Numbered from the stretch's first letter, positions 24,715 to 39,447 are shown. The stretch: 64,000 nt of DNA from Pavona decussata (GCA_977016875.1 CDRNST010000011.1:1798001-1862000); one strand, 5' to 3'. A program made the numbers and translations. Notes: a model not told the origin generated them from the sequence alone.

Positions 24715-26417
24715 TCATTGTTTTACGTCTTTACATATTCTAGTTATAATTTAATTTTAACTATTGTATAATTATAATTTACTTAATTTTGCACATACAT
24801 GTACATATTTTCATTTAATGATTTTTAACAGATAATATAGGTATTATTACTATATTATACTTCTGAGTATGTGCACGTACACAGCTTTATACTGCATTTA
24901 CTACACTGTTTTTTGTAAGAACGTCTAATTTTGGGGGTGAGGCTGAACATTCTTCTTTTATTTTTTTTCTTTTTAGCAATTTGAGCTTGAAAAAAGTTCT
25001 CAAGATGTTCTTAAGTTATCTGTTTAAATACAGCCTAAGTCCGACACAAAATGAGATGTTCAACTATGTACGTATCAAACATACAATAACATTTATTATT
25101 TGGGTTAATTGGACTAAATACAATGAAGTTTAACATGCGTTTGCTGACGTTTCAAGTGTCAGTTAGCCTTTCGTCTAAGCGAACTCCGGCAACTGAACTA
25201 TGACTGATTTGGACGTTCGAATTGCAATGATGATTTCGGCACTTGAATGCATATATTTTCCGATTCTCAGAAATTTGCGGGACCTGAACAACCAGTAAAT
25301 ATTCCAAAACTACAGATACAATAACATTTATTATTTGGGTTAATTGGACTAAAAACAATGAGGTTTTACATGTATTTCATCCGTATTTATACTGTTCATT
25401 TTAAAAACATTTGGTCAAAATAAAAATGTACTTAACTTTGAACTTTGCTTTCTTTTTTTTCTTTTACATCACTTGTGAGTGTTTACACCGAGGATGCGCC
25501 CAGCAGGTCATAAAACGCGCGCCATGTGTGGTTACTGTCAATGCCTCCGCAACCCACAATTAATTTGAAATGGCGCCAAAATGGTAAATGACAGCCCAAC
25601 GAACAAAACGTCTTTTGAGCTTTTCCATGGGTTAAACAGGACACCCATGACACCAGAGTCAGTCGTCATTTGATCTTAGATTTTGCTTTTATCAACAGAG
25701 TTGATAAGGTAATTTAGCCACCGTAAAGAGATTCGAGTGCTGGCGTTTCGAGTGTTAGTTAGCGGCCTTCGACTGAGCGAGCCCCGGAACTTAAACTATG
25801 ACTGATTTGGTCCTTCGAATTGCGATGATGATTTAAGCAACTTGAATGCATGTATTTTCCGATTATCAGGAATTTCCGGGACCTGAACAACCGGTAAATA
25901 TTCCAAGATAACAGTCCTGGAAAATGCTGCAACAAATTCCAGAACTGTGCAAGATTTCCAAGAACGTATGAACCTAACTACAGAATGGAGTCCGCAGATG
26001 CATAACTATAGCGCATATGACTCCAATGCTGTGGAAAATTGCTAAATACTCTACAAACTATTATTACAAACTAAACTGAGAGCAATGCAAAACAATGCAT
26101 TGTAATGCAATGCAATGTAAAGCAGTACAACGCAATGCAAAGCAATAAAACGCAAGTAAATCATGAATCAAGCAAGCAAAAAAGCTACTCTTTAGTTATG
26201 TAATTAATTTTGTTTTACTTTAGCAATTACCACCAACATTCAAAGAACTGACTTCCCAAGGGACTGGCGTTCTTGAAGTTGCTGAAACTACTACAGTACT
26301 GTGTTTCGCTGAAAGTTTTGTTTAATCCTTTCTTCTATGTCACCTGGGTTCAGTTATTGCAAACCACAGAAAGAACCCAAAACTTTGCTCTTACCGGCAC
26401 TAAACAAGTCCTTAAAA

Positions 26418-29400
26418 TCACTGGCTACTACTCAGGCTTCCTATCACCGTGGCGAGCAACCTGATGTAAAAAGAAGACAAAGAAAATGTTAAAATCCCAG
26501 ATGCTAGAAAGGCAATTATAGTACTTCCAATGTGTGATTTTTTAAAATAAATAATAATTTAGTTTAATTCTGACTAGCTACAAGTGTTTCTCGGTGTACC
26601 ACAGGAAATTTTATCCTAACGTAACCGTACTTAAATGTCCAGAAATATATACAAGCAGCTACGCCTTGAATGAATTCGACTAGATTTCGTGACATTCTTC
26701 AGCCTGTTATGTGCGTCAAGAAAATGAAAATTAGTTCAATACATCCTGCCACGTGGATACCATTTTACACAATTTTGTGAAATCAGTAACTTTCCTCAAT
26801 TATATAGCTTCTATAAAAAGCTGAGGGGCAGCGTGGTCGAGTGATTAGGGCGTGGTGCTTGTAATCCGGAGATTCCTGGTTCAAATCTCGCTCTGTGTCC
26901 GCCTCCTGCCAGCTGGGATTCTTAACCATGTTATGTTGTATTAAGACCCGTTTAAACGGTTTCAACATTTGCTTCAACATGCGTTCAACACTTTGCTGAA
27001 CCAAATGTTGACGGCGTTTTAATAGGTCGTTCAACATTGTTGAAAGTGTAAAATATGTTGAAAGCTTGCTAAAAGTGTGTTGAATCAAATTTAAATTGGT
27101 TTTAAACTTTCATTCAACATCCATACAACATTTCCTTTGTTCTCAAAAATGTTTAGAAGTGTTGAAGCCGTTTGAACAATCCGTTCAACTTTTGTTAAAC
27201 GAATGTTGGTCAGATGTTGAAACCGTTTTCACGGGTGTTTCATTCCCACTCATTTCATCATCGTTGAAAAGGCCCTTTTCGTGGAATCATTTTCAACTCC
27301 AGTTGGTAAAAAATGTAGGTATTAAAAACTAACCTGTTAGCTGGCAAGAAATTACACATAGAAAGCAATTCATCTGTAAGAACAAACAAAAATCCGTGTA
27401 GAGAGTTAAAAAACAACAATCCCATTCTAAACTGTAAGCACCAATCACGTGGTGGCAAACAGTTTTGCTGTCTAACTTGTCAGGGCCCTGTTAAGGCGTT
27501 TTTAGGGCTCCTGCAAACCTGGATTGTGCTGCAAGCTCTCCCTCCCTCCTTCCCCTTCTATAAGCGGTTGCTCTTTATAGTTTATCCTGTGGCATATTTT
27601 TGTGACAACAAGTTCAAGAGGTTGCTTTAAAAACTATCAGCAATCCCCCTAAACCACTCCGGCCTGGATACTCAAAAGAGAACTACCAAAAGGCATTACG
27701 AGGGTAGCAATACTCGTTGCCGCGAGGCAAGCAAATTACGACGATCTTGACTCCGCCTCTGAGAGAAACGAGTTGCTGCTCGTGACCTAGTATGCTAGTA
27801 GCCTGCAACAGGAGACGCCTTTTTCAGCTTATGTTTTCAACCACCGGCAAAGACGTCTGCTCTTGCAGGCAATAACCTACTTGCTGTTCATTTCCTACAA
27901 TTTCCCTACTAACATATTAACAGTGTTCCAACCTTTCATTTAATTTCCGACCAATATTTCTTTTGCAAGTTCGTGTGGGACGTTCATGAATGATTGCCCA
28001 TGGGCTAATCCGCAACCAGGTATTAGTCTTATTGACCATGGCTTTTGGATTGAGATCCGGCGACGTTTGACGCAGAAAAACGTTACTAAACGAAAACTGG
28101 ATAATTTCGGTTCACTTTCAGACTACCAAGCAAAATGTCACTGACTTTCTTGCTACCCTTGCATGATTTAAATGTAAACTCTATAATTACTTTAAGGAGG
28201 CTCGCAGCAGTTTTTCTGGACTTACGTATGAAGGAGATCGAAGTTTATCTTGTATGAGAGATTGTAATTTTAAAACTACCACCCTAAGTCCAGAAAAAAC
28301 TGCTGCGAGCCTCCTTAAAAGAGCTTTTCGTCCAACAAGCAACTAAGAGCAAAATACCCAAATAGTTCATATTTTTTTACACTGCACAGGACTACAAATT
28401 CTTTTAGAAGCCTTGTCTCAGACTAGGACACTACTTTGGTCGACACTTTGGTCGTATATAACCTGTGGCGATATGGGCTCCTGCCTACGATCAGGTTCAG
28501 TGTTAAAGACGGCCTCTCCTAAACTAAGAAAAACAAACTAGCCAATTTTTAATCAATCAACGAATGGATAACCACTGGTACCAATAAACATAGCTCGAAA
28601 TTATGTTGACCACAGTTAGAGGTTGTACGACACAGGCAAATTTGGATTGTCATTGTCCGATGACAACCTGTCAAGTGTATTTGTAGCTGCAGCTGTGCTA
28701 AATAATATACAGTCGGCATGTTGTAGGTTAAAATGAATCCCAATTTAAAATGATTACAAACTAGGTTGACTCCACCTAGTTTGAAATCATTTTAACCTGA
28801 TTTGTATTTTCCTTTGTCCCAGATGTAAATACAAAATCCTTAAACAAAGGAAAATACAAATCAACCTAGTTTGAAATCATTTTGACCTGAATTCATTTTG
28901 ACCTACAATAGGTATGCCATAACTAATTTGTTACCATATTAGGGAGACTTGCCTTTAGTAGCAGAAAGACATCCTGTTGATATGGCAACTTGCAGAGTTT
29001 GTGCAAATCTATCGAGCGACAGTTGAACATGCTGATCAATAACGCTGTGGTTGTATTCAAACGTTTTAAACTTGTCGGTCAGTTTTACAATATCCTGGGT
29101 CAGATCTCTCAGATCTGTTCCTTTGATGAGATGGCGAGAGTCTGACTCATCCATTACTTCCCCTGGCTCCAATTCCATTTCATCTTGTGGATTTTCTTCA
29201 TTCTTACCAGCCAACAAGAATGCTTGAATTATGGCTAAGTGAAGCTGTGAGTATAAAATCCTAGTTTCATGCTGTGTGTGCCTGTCACTTGTGGTACAAT
29301 CACTAGTTAGTGGCATAAGCACTACCCAGCGCAGAAGCCCCAAAATGGGACCAGAGGGGAGCGGAGTGGATTCAGGGGGCGACAATGATCCACGCAGACG

Positions 29401-30338
29401 TCCTGCTGCCAGCAGACTAGAAGGGCAAGTTATTAAACACAAATCGGGGTTTTTGCTGATCCAGGAAGCCACAACTTTCAGAAGGGACAATGGAGGCAGG
29501 TGTGAGTTGGCTGATAATTTGTCGCCTGGAATAGGAAATTTATCAGAGATAACTATTTTAACCTCTAGCTTTGTTATGGTAACCTTCATAAAATATTAGA
29601 GCGGTTTTCAATTGAGTGTCGAAAGTAATTCGCGTTTGCTTTCGTTTTGCTTTACTGTGCTCTGTGATTGGTTGCTAAGCTCGCGCCACTTTTTCAACCA
29701 ATGAGAAGTAAAAGTAACCCAATCGTGCCTCGCTCGTACGCGTTTTCTCGCGCTTGGTGCCGGTTATATGTATTTGCTTCGAATTCTGATTGGTTCATTG
29801 CGTTATTTACGTCTGTTGTGATTGGTCAGAGTAATTACTTTGGTTGTGGTTTTGGTTTTACGACACTCGATTGAAAAGCTCTATACTTGCCAAACAAATT
29901 CGAAGTTTAGACAGAAAGACTGACAATGAGAAAAAGATTTCACAAGCATTCAACACCATTACCGTGTCTTTCTCAAGTGCAGTGACGAGTGGTTGGTGTT
30001 ACGTGAGACTAGATGGTCGATTAACACGTGACAAAATGTCACGCCATAAGACAGGAAGGTCGTAGTCACATTTGACAAGCATTTGGTGCTGGCTAACGAA
30101 AGCCTCATTGATTATTTGTTATTGACGGTTTATAGAGTGTTTTCACATGACTTCACGACGGCCATGTTGGTGTCCCAAAACAAAGAAATGGCGGCCATGT
30201 TGGTGTCCCAAACTAAACCTCTGGGAATTTAATTCTATTTTTATGCAAATACTTTCTTTTGTTTCAGTAAACCAATATGGCCGGTAGTCACGTGAATCAG
30301 AAAACGCTCTATTAACTCCATCGCTATGTTTACTCCTG

Positions 30339-30409
<71 letters not shown>

Positions 30410-30592
30410 AAACTTCATGACATTTGTTTGTTTTTTTTCGTTTTCTTAACAAAAACATTACTGTTTGAAAATATTATCTTTCTTTTTAATCGAAATGAAT
30501 TGTGAATAGGTTTTTTAATAGCTCTTTTTTATATACTTTTAACTTGTAAATAGCAATTTGTGTGGAATATTTTAATAATAATAATAATAATA

Positions 30593-30636
<44 letters not shown>

Positions 30637-32525
30637 TATTATTATTATTGACATAAAGAATTCTTCCGTAGTGTCACTGAAGGCAGAATTCCCTCTTATT
30701 TAACCCACAGTCTTAAGTCAAACAATTGTGGAAACAAGTGCTAATACACACATCACATATGTACATGTCAACCATTGACTTTTTGAATTGTATTGAAGGT
30801 TTTGCTTCATTGCTTTCCTTGTGAAGAAAGCGGTCCTACAAATTTGCCTTCCCTAAGCCTGCTGTCAAGCCTTCCAATTTGCTTTGTCTCCAGTTCATGC
30901 TCAGTTTATGTTGTTTTTTTTCTTGTGTTCCTTTTTGTCTTAAGAGAAGTCAATTCCAAGTTGTATTATTTTTGTTATGTTTGTAAGATCAGCGACGCGT
31001 CGTTAAGCTTCCGCCCGTATTTCCTCTTAGGGTGAGGACTTCTAGAAGGGGGTCCTTAATGGAGGGAGGCGCGTTATTAAAAAAAATTCTACAAAAATTA
31101 ATGCATGTGCTTATTCCCCACATTGTAGCCAAACACAAAGTGCACAATGACAACGAGGAATAAAGCTCCGTATTTAAAGTTTTTTTCATAAAAGTCATGT
31201 TGTGTGCTCTACTTACTCCGCCAGTTAACATTAGTCATTTGGCACTGAGGGAGAACGATAACAGACAGTGGGTGATGCGACAACTCAAAATCAGTTTGGA
31301 GCTGGAGGGAGTGGTGAGGGGCACAGAAAAAAGAGGGAGGGGTCTCATTTACATTTTTACCTCAGAAACGGGGGCTAACAAGAACTTAATGGAGGGAGCC
31401 GGCTGACTTGAGTAAATATGGTACTTGAAAACAGGTAAAATAACAAGAGAAAATCCAGTTCAATTAATAGCAATGCGTTGTTCGTCTACACAACTGTTCA
31501 TGCATGTGAATGCAATAACGTTATTTATTTGATTAAGCGCCCTGGGCGCTTATTTAGTTTTGGGCCCATGAGGGTGGGCGCTTAATGCTTTCTCAACATT
31601 TTCAGCAAGCGAGGACATTTTTTTAGGGAATAACAAAAGAAGGGATAACAAGTTTATTTTGCTTTAGCAAGTCAAATTAAAGTGCAAAAACCAACATGAC
31701 GACTATATAAAAATTTATTGACTACTGTATCTAAAACCAATTTTGGAACACAAAGGATGCTCCTCTTACTTCACGCTGGGCTAGTACAGATATGTTTTTT
31801 GTTGGGAGACGGATGGGGGGGTGGGTGCTTATTAACCTTTTTGGGCTTTCAGGGTGGGCGGTTATTCAAGGGTGGGTGGTTAATCGAATAAAAACGGTCT
31901 TTCATATTTGCAGGGCTCAGAAATTTAATAACCAGCAACACCATACCCTCAGGCCCTTTCTGACTGCCTTGTAATGTTAGTTGGATTCTTAGTGGCATAA
32001 TTTTCATGGGGATTCTACTTGTGTTACAAAAAAAATGTTTGAATTACAGAATATTACGACTAGATTCTCTTGGTCACCAGCAAGAGGCTCCTATAACACC
32101 AAACAGGAAACTTCAAGTGAATTCTTGAGACACAATGAGATTTCTTGACAAAAGGACACATTGAAAATATTCAACAAAGCACATCATAGATACCAGAGGG
32201 TACCATTTTTTTCCCTTTGAAATGTAAAGATCTTTCCAAGACTCATTTGCTGACAACATTTCACTGTAACTGAGCATATACTGACCAAGTTATGAGTTGA
32301 GGACCTACTATGGTGGGTCTCCATAGGGAAAGGACACCCGGATAAGAAAGACACTTCTAAGTGCCCCTTTGGCATCCTTATTAACCACGTCCAATGTAAT
32401 TTGCAAGATTGTAATAAGGAGTTTTCAAAACATCAATAAGTTTGCTTAATTTATAAGTAATAGGTGCAATGAGCATAAAAATTATCTAAATTGTAATTAC
32501 CAGTACATCGTTTGTGTCTGCATAG

Positions 32526-32556
<31 letters not shown>

Positions 32557-35500
32557 ATGATAAATGGGAATTTCAGTGGCACATCCACAGAGTGGCTATT
32601 CGTCCACTGTTTCCAGGTCGAATTGGAATTTGGAAATGTTGGTTTTTGTGGAGGGAGGAAAACCAGGGTACCCGGCCGGAGAAAAACCCTTGGAGCAGGG
32701 ACAAGAACCAACAACAAACTTAACCCAGATATGGTGTCAACTCCGGGAATTGAACCCGGGCCACATTGATGGGAGGCGAGTGCTCTCACCACTGCACCAT
32801 CCCTGCTCCCACTAAACTTGAAACGTCACACTTTGATCTGACCTTTTTGTTTCTTGTCTGCGACAACTGGATACAGACTTATGAGAGCAATCATCAATTG
32901 ACAAGCCATCAGTGGTGAGTGAGAGGCTAGAGTCTGAAGGAATGGCAGTGATGCAGGAACGAGGCAGGTGTAGTCTTCAACTATGGAGGACGTCACTTTT
33001 AATACAATGCCAGGTCTGTGGTGGTGCCTCTGAGATTAACAAAGGATTCAACAAAGTTTTTGATATCTTATGTTAAAAATGATGAAATAAGACCTTCAAT
33101 CAGCTGCCAAATAATTCTAGAATTACGAGAGGAAAGAAATCACCTCAATTATTGACAGGAACAACTCGTAATCTGTTCTGACACATTTTGGGAACTTGAA
33201 AAACATTTTTCAAGTTTCAATCGATACTGGTGGCCTACTCTGTCTCTGGCCAGAGGCTCTAATCAACAGTTTTATTTTGCTCCAGGGTGATAATATATAA
33301 CAAACTTGACAATTATTTTGTTGTTTCTGCTGACAGACAAACATTTTTGGGTTTTGAAATGACATCATATTCGCATGATACTTTCCCTTTACCATAAATC
33401 CTCAGTATAAAAAAGAACTAAAAAGATGGAATTTTGGGCCAGACATGCTTTTTGAGCTACGCTTTTATAAGCAGCTTTCTGAAAGTTGAAGTTATTCTAA
33501 GTTTGTGTCAAGTTCATGTCAAAATAAAAAAAATAATAATAAATAAATTATTTTTTCATTTTCAAATTTTGAATGTTTTCCCAGTTTGAACTTCCTTTTT
33601 TTTTCAGTAAAGATGACAGTGACGAAAAGTTAACAGTCTCATTTAGGTTTCAGTATCATTGATGTAACCTCACTGCCAGCCAGTGTTTACATGCATCCAA
33701 GAGAAGAGCAAAAGGGTACTACAGGTAGGTATGATAAAAAATCAGGTAAAAGGTTTCTAAAGAAAGGACAATGTAATAATTGCAAACGCAAAATTCAACA
33801 AAGTGTTGAAATAATAAAATGTTGTCTTCCTCTTCTGTCTTGAAATGAATGGGCTTATAATAATAATAATTTATTGTTTATTGTTGAATTTTGCCTCTTT
33901 TGCCTCAGCTGTGAATAGTAAGTTGTTTAGTCTGAATGAACCATCATAGAACAAAACAAAGAATAATAGTGAAAAACTGCTCAACATCGCAATCGCACAA
34001 GTTGTGAAACATGTAGGCTTGGATAAATTCTGCTCCTACAAGTAAATTGCCATATTATACCTAAAACAAGAGCAAGGCTGATTTCACGATGTTTTGCACT
34101 CAGATTTTTGATTCACAGTGTCTCAGGCTTGGATTTTAAATGTGGGTCACCGGGTGTCCGCAAGTCTCAGATTTAACCATTCTATACCCCTAACACACAA
34201 TCAAACATAGAGGAGGTGAGAATAATAAAAGGAGATTAATGATCACCAAAGACAAATTCTTTTGATCTTTAAAAGAAATTTCCAAACTACAACTAAATGA
34301 ATGAGCAACAAAGGAAGAATTGAGCTCAAAGAGAATTTGTATTTTGATAAGGGGCTGAAACAAGAGGTTCAAAGGATAACAAACCTGCATCCAGACAGCC
34401 ATGGACTCCAGCAAATGATCACAGTGAAGCGCTACAGCCATAGAGGCCAGCTTGGTGAGAATTTCAACCTTTCCGTCAACCTACCAGTCAATTAAAAGAA
34501 AATATATCAGGTCCAATACTATCTACTGGTAGTGGGCAATAGATTGTCAAGGTAGCTAGCATACAATAAGTTGAAAATTTTTAAAAAATGTGTTATATAT
34601 GAACAGTTTTAAAAAAAGTCCAGTCCTGTCAAATTACACCCTTTCTTTTCTTTAATTTCGAGGCTGAGATTGGATGCCTAGGGTGACAGCTTGGACTGAG
34701 TGAATGCTAATGTGTACCCTTACTGAAGCTTAAGGGGAACAGGGATCAGGTGCAGTAGTGCGAGTAGGTCCTGGCCAACATGACTAAGTCATGACGCATA
34801 AAAAATAAACTTCTGAAATTTATGGGATTTGTTGAGATATTATCTTTGAAAGATCATGATGAAGAATGCCTAGCTGCCAAAAATCAGCATCTTATTGCTG
34901 ATTTGGGGGTGAGATATTAGTATTGTTATGCTCTGACAACCCCATACAAATCCTTGTAATTTTGTCTCTTCTAAACCTTTAGAACAGAGACCAAATTAGG
35001 AGGATTTGTTTTTTTTGGCAAGTAGGCATTTTTCATCACCTCTTTGCAAACATTTTAAAAAATCCTGTTATTTCAAAGAGTCAAATATTTGTGACATGAC
35101 ACTTTAGTACTCTATAGTGAACTCAAGTGATAGTGAACATATCGTCATGTACATTTACAGGCACAGTACTCATAAATTGTGTGACTTCGGTAGACTTCAT
35201 TGTGCAATTAGTGATCTTTAAATGCTCACAAATTACCTTGCCATCTTTGATGTCTTGACTGGAAATTCCAAACAATAAATAAAACACTCCACATCTAACA
35301 GTGTCAGATGGTTGATCCTGAAAACAAGAACAAATTACTTCCAAGAGCTGAAGTTCCTGAATGGCTGACAACGTTTTGGCTCCGGATCCTTTACTGTGAA
35401 ATATGTACAAGTCAATCACATCATCAAGAAATGCTGATAGATAAAGTCCAGGGTTTGGAGGAGTTTCTGGTGCATAGGCATTGAAGTATTTTTCTAACAT

Positions 35501-37135
35501 CAGAATCACATTCCTGCTGCATTCTGGAAACTGGGTAGAACTGAGTGAATGTTTGATGTAAGAAACCTTGCTTGGGATGTCTGCCTTCCACAATGCAATA
35601 TCTATAAAACAAAAACAACAAATTATCCCTATCAATTATATTGTGTAGGAATACAGTGATTTTGCAGCCCAAACGTTTTTTTCAGTCAAATGTGCAGAAA
35701 TATACTTGTTGTTTGGTTGAGAAACTGTTAGCAATCTGAATTTGGATGGATGATAAACTACCAGAATAAATAATATTATTGAGATTAGTGTTTTCAATAA
35801 GCAGTGGTAAGACTTCCACATCTATAATATTTGAGATGTTTCTGAAGAAGATTACACTATGGCTGACTACATGTAGTCCTTCGACTGCTGACCAGTTAGC
35901 TCAGTTGGTAGAATGCCGGACTACCGTGCAGGAGGTCACGGATTCAAACCCTGCCCGGATCACCACTCAGGGTCTTTAAATAACTGAGGAGAAAGTGCTG
36001 CCTTTGCTCTGACATCTGCAAATGGTTGGTCTTTCTAGTCTTCTCGGATAAGGATGATAAACCGTAAGCCTCGTCTCACAAATCTTGTTTGTAAATAACT
36101 CTGTGGGACATTAAAGAACCCACTCACTGTTCGCAAAGAGTAGGGGACGTAGTCCCCGGTGTTGTGGTCTGGTCTTTGTGCGTATATTCTCATGGTTGGG
36201 TGGGAAAATGCTCGGAGATATTAGCTGCATTAGGCTACTCTAAAATCCGAGGGTAAATAAAGTTATGATGATGATGATGATGATTATGATGATGTATTTT
36301 TAGGAGGCAGTCTCTTTAATTTTGAGCCTTTTGGCTAAAATAAAAACATAGAGCAAGAATGTCATATCAGGGGGGAGGGAGTGATATATTACATGTATGT
36401 TTTGTTGGTTGTCAGCAGGGCTCCTGTTGTCAATCATTTAATAGAAAAAGAATGTTTGTAAACAGATAGCTTTCTTATAAATATCACGTAAAAAATTTCA
36501 AACTTTCAGCTTACCACTGAAAAAGCGATCATGAATTATCATGATTAAGCGGCAAAAGAAAAAAAAAAGTTTCATTTAAAATGCAAAAAGATTAAAATAA
36601 ATTCAAAACTTTGCACTGAAAGAGCAATATGCCAATGAATTTGAAACTTCAACATTCCCCACCCCCCCCCCCCCCTCCCAAGAAAAAATGGGCTTGTTCC
36701 AAGTCTCACCTTGCAGGGGCAAAAAGCCATCAATTGCCCTACCCTAGCGCCGATTTGACGATCCAATGCCCCTTCCAAAAATTTCACTTCTAATTTTTGG
36801 TATACAAGTTACACTGTATTTGAAAACTGGGAGAAAGGTCTTTATATTTTACCTAAAACGACTATTAACCTCAATTTCCTTGCTCTTTTTCTGTTTCCCA
36901 TTCAAGCAATAGTTTTAAAATGTAAAAATACCTGTTCCACTGTTTTTGTCTATAACTCAAAACCTAAACAAGTCACCTTATTAGCTTAATTACGAGCAGA
37001 GCCTCTCTAGCTTGAAACTTTAGGCTTTGCTCGCAGAAAAGTACGCTGCAAATTATCGATTACCGCACGAATACCAAATTGTCCATTCTGATTTACTTAA
37101 CACTTACTCCATGCATCTTCTTCATAGTCACTCAT
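26418..37135 (-). CDS. INTS15: Integrator complex subunit 15 (C7orf26) homolog, 7 coding exons: 37135-37108, 35601-35237, ~34480-34385, 33029-32843, 29525-28953, 27373-27334, 26460-26418
   Basis: Spliced peptide motifs IQELQLLEVICSCFQDQ, SMAVALHCDHLLESMAVWMQ, IVEDYTCLVP, LPPLSLLKVVASWI, ILGLLRWVVLMPL, SLDRFAQTLQVAISTG and DELLSMCNFLPANRLL match C7orf26 as I recall it; intron phases are consistent. Confidence 0.9.
26823..26935 (+). mobile_element. tRNA-derived SINE fragment
   Basis: A box (tggtcgagtga) and B box (ggttcaaatc), followed by non-tRNA sequence ctgggattcttaac. Confidence 0.6.
26943..27239. mobile_element. Harbinger-type MITE
   Basis: aagacccgtttaaacggtttcaacat ... atgttgaaaccgttttcacgggtgtt; internal tcaaca/tgttga repeats. 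Confidence 0.7.
28196..28314. mobile_element. 119-bp TTAA-flanked MITE (Kolobok-like GG...CC ends)
   Basis: ttaa|ggaggctcgcagcagtttttctggactta ... taagtccagaaaaaactgctgcgagcctcc|ttaa. Confidence 0.8.
29597..29883. mobile_element. MITE (Harbinger-like)
   Basis: tagagcggttttcaattgagtgtcg ... cgacactcgattgaaaagctcta. Confidence 0.75.
30132..30312. mobile_element. MITE
   Basis: atagagtgttttca ... gaaaacgctctat; internal duplicated ggccatgttggtgtccca. Confidence 0.7.
30340..30650. repeat. (TTA)n and (AAT)n/(TTA)n microsatellites
   Basis: Direct reading of 30340-30408 and 30572-30650. Confidence 0.9.
32527..32810 (-). mobile_element. tRNA-derived SINE with V/Meta-like core and (TTTA)n tail
   Basis: Minus strand: tggtgcagtggt A box, ggttcaattcc B box, gggtttttctccgg...ggttttcctccc core, tttatttattta tail. 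Confidence 0.8.
35886..36294 (+). mobile_element. tRNA-derived SINE with Nin/Deu-like domain and (GAT)n tail
   Basis: tagctcagttggtaga A box, gattcaaacc B box, gggacattaaagaacccac...aaagagtagggg core, gatgatgat tail. Confidence 0.8.
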
Positions 37136-37205
37136 GACGGGAAAAGAGTAATCCTCGACTAAACTGCAAGCACTATACTCGATCCGATCGATCACCGCCA
37201 ATCGC

Positions 37206-37216
37206 CCGCCATCTTG
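37206..37216 (-). promoter_or_regulatory. YY1-like element upstream of the INTS15 start codon
   Basis: caagatggcgg on the minus strand about 70 bp upstream of the ATG. Confidence 0.5.
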
Positions 37217-39114
37217 GCATGAGCAGCCTGGCCAGCTTGGAATTTCATAAGTGCCTGGGAACTAGTCGCAATGGTATGGATTGGGGTGGGGAGGAGCGGG
37301 GAGAAATACTGTCGCGATCGTGAAATTTAGTGTGAAAAAGTTCAAAGATTGTCTGAAAGTAGTCTCACTCGAAGTCGTTTTGGGTGTCTGGGAAGAGTGT
37401 GCGTAACGACACTAAAAACGGCAGCAAGGGAGACTTGTCTGAAGGATACTTTTAAAACTAATTTCCTATTTTTTTCGGCCAGAAGCGGGTGGGAAAGGGG
37501 TTGCAGGGGTGGGGGTAATGTTAGAGGTTGGCAGCCCCGTGTAAGGCCTAGCGCCTGTGACAAGCATGGATCTTTGAGTAGTTAAAAAAGAACCACCTCG
37601 TTTACTTAGATGATTCGACCTCCTTAAACTATCTTTTTGTCCCCAGGGCAGGTCCTCGTCCGTGGAGATGGTTTTCATTAGAAACAAACAAAATTCGTCG
37701 AAAAGCCAGATATTTCACATTTCCCTGGGTTGTATCCTAAGGCTCAGTTAACAATAAGAGGTGCATAAGAAATAAGACTGCTTCATTGCCTTTACACTAC
37801 GGGACCTTACGACCGCCTTAAAGGCAGTTTTGATTCATCTCTTCCTGGTACAATTTTCAATTGATTTTACGCCTGTTTTATTGCTTTCATCTTTGTGAGA
37901 GGTTGTCATTTTCCCATCAGTCATCTGACTAACTCGATATCGTAGTGATTCAAATTCGATTTTCCGCATTGCAAGACGTGCGCTCGGTGTTGGCTACAGA
38001 ATATGATGAGCCACTGTATGACCCGGATCAAGAGAGGCTCTCTTGCCCGGATGCAGACCTTGTGGCCTCACTCGCAGACACTCTTTTGGCTTGTCACGCA
38101 GTCTTTCTTCCCCGTTCGTTGAAGAGGAAAGATTGCGTGACAAGCCAAAAAAGAGTCTGCGATGAAGGCTATGGAGATGTACATAAAGTGGCATTATGTG
38201 AGCAATACGAACAAGCTCGTCCCTAGCATATGATAATAGAATGATAGCCAATGCCAGTAAACATCAGGACCCAGTTGTTCAAAGCCTGATTAAACTAATC
38301 CCGGCCCGTGAACTTTGATTGGAGTTTAATTACAAATCATGAAAGATTCTTTAAAAAGATTTTCAGCCATCAGTTTCGATTCACCTTGGGCTTTTCTTTA
38401 CCATCAACTTCAAATCAGCTTATAAAGACACTCTTACGCGCGAGGTTTTGCGAGATCAAAACCTCGGTTTACGTTTAATCGGGGATTAGCGTTAATAGGC
38501 TTACCTTCATGGAAATGGTTGTATAAAGATGAAATGGATTGTTTGTGCTTATGCAAATTGTGTTAATGAATCTATTTTCTAGAAAAATGATTGTCGAATG
38601 ATGCAATTGGTTGCATATTTGCGTTAATGAATTTTCATGCATTTACTACCCGGATTGAATGTCAAAGAAGCTATCGTTTGTCTGTTGATGCTGTTGAATG
38701 TTAACACATGTGCAAATGTCGTTCTTGAAGATTTCTTTCACGCAAATGAAGTTTATTTTTGTGTTAATGAAAGTATATTCACCTTAAAAACAACTATTGA
38801 AACAAATGAATGAATATCTTGCGAAAATGAAACGCAAAAGGTGTAGTTATCAGGCTTAAAGGGAACGTCGTGGCTCTGACAACAAATTGACGTTCAATTG
38901 TTGGAAATTATGTCTAAATTCAAAGTTGTAGTTTGAGGTTAGGTAAGGTAAGGTAAGGTAAGGTAAAGTAAGGTTTATCAAAATTACATCGCAGCCCGTA
39001 GGCTGAATTACGTAATGATGACATACTAATATTTACAATAAAAATTTTACGATAATGATTGAAATAGTGGAAAAGTGGAAATAACATTCAATTGTGCTAA
39101 AAATTTAGATATGT

Positions 39115-39292
39115 TTCGCCTATTTTCGCTTTTAAATTTCCCCGTGCGTCGCCACTTTTTATTTTATGACGTCATACGGTTGCCGCTATACTCAGAGAAC
39201 TAGCAGAAGTTCGTTTGTGTGAAACAACTGGACAGTATGACGTCATGAAATCCAAGATAGCGCGTAAAAAATTTGAAAGCGAAAATAGGCAA
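39115..39292. mobile_element. MITE-like inverted repeat
   Basis: gcctattttcgcttttaaattt ... aaatttgaaagcgaaaataggc. Confidence 0.6.
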
Positions 39293-39447
39293 TAATCAAA
39301 TTCTGTCAATGCAGGAAAGAATAAGCTGTCACTTTGGTCACACCAGAACGATTAGATGTCCTTTCTCTCTTTTTCAAACACAAACACAGGAATAACAAAA
39401 ATCTATGATTTTTTTTTGTTTTGTGCTTTCGTTGTATGGAAAATTGC

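Noticed and set aside
26823-26896. tRNA-Thr-like gene
   Set aside because: Stems pair poorly and the sequence continues into a SINE body
30143-30418. Poly-Ile ORF
   Set aside because: Translation of the (AAT)n microsatellite plus a MITE
35890-35962. tRNA gene
   Set aside because: It is the tRNA-derived head of a SINE with a core domain and (GAT)n tail
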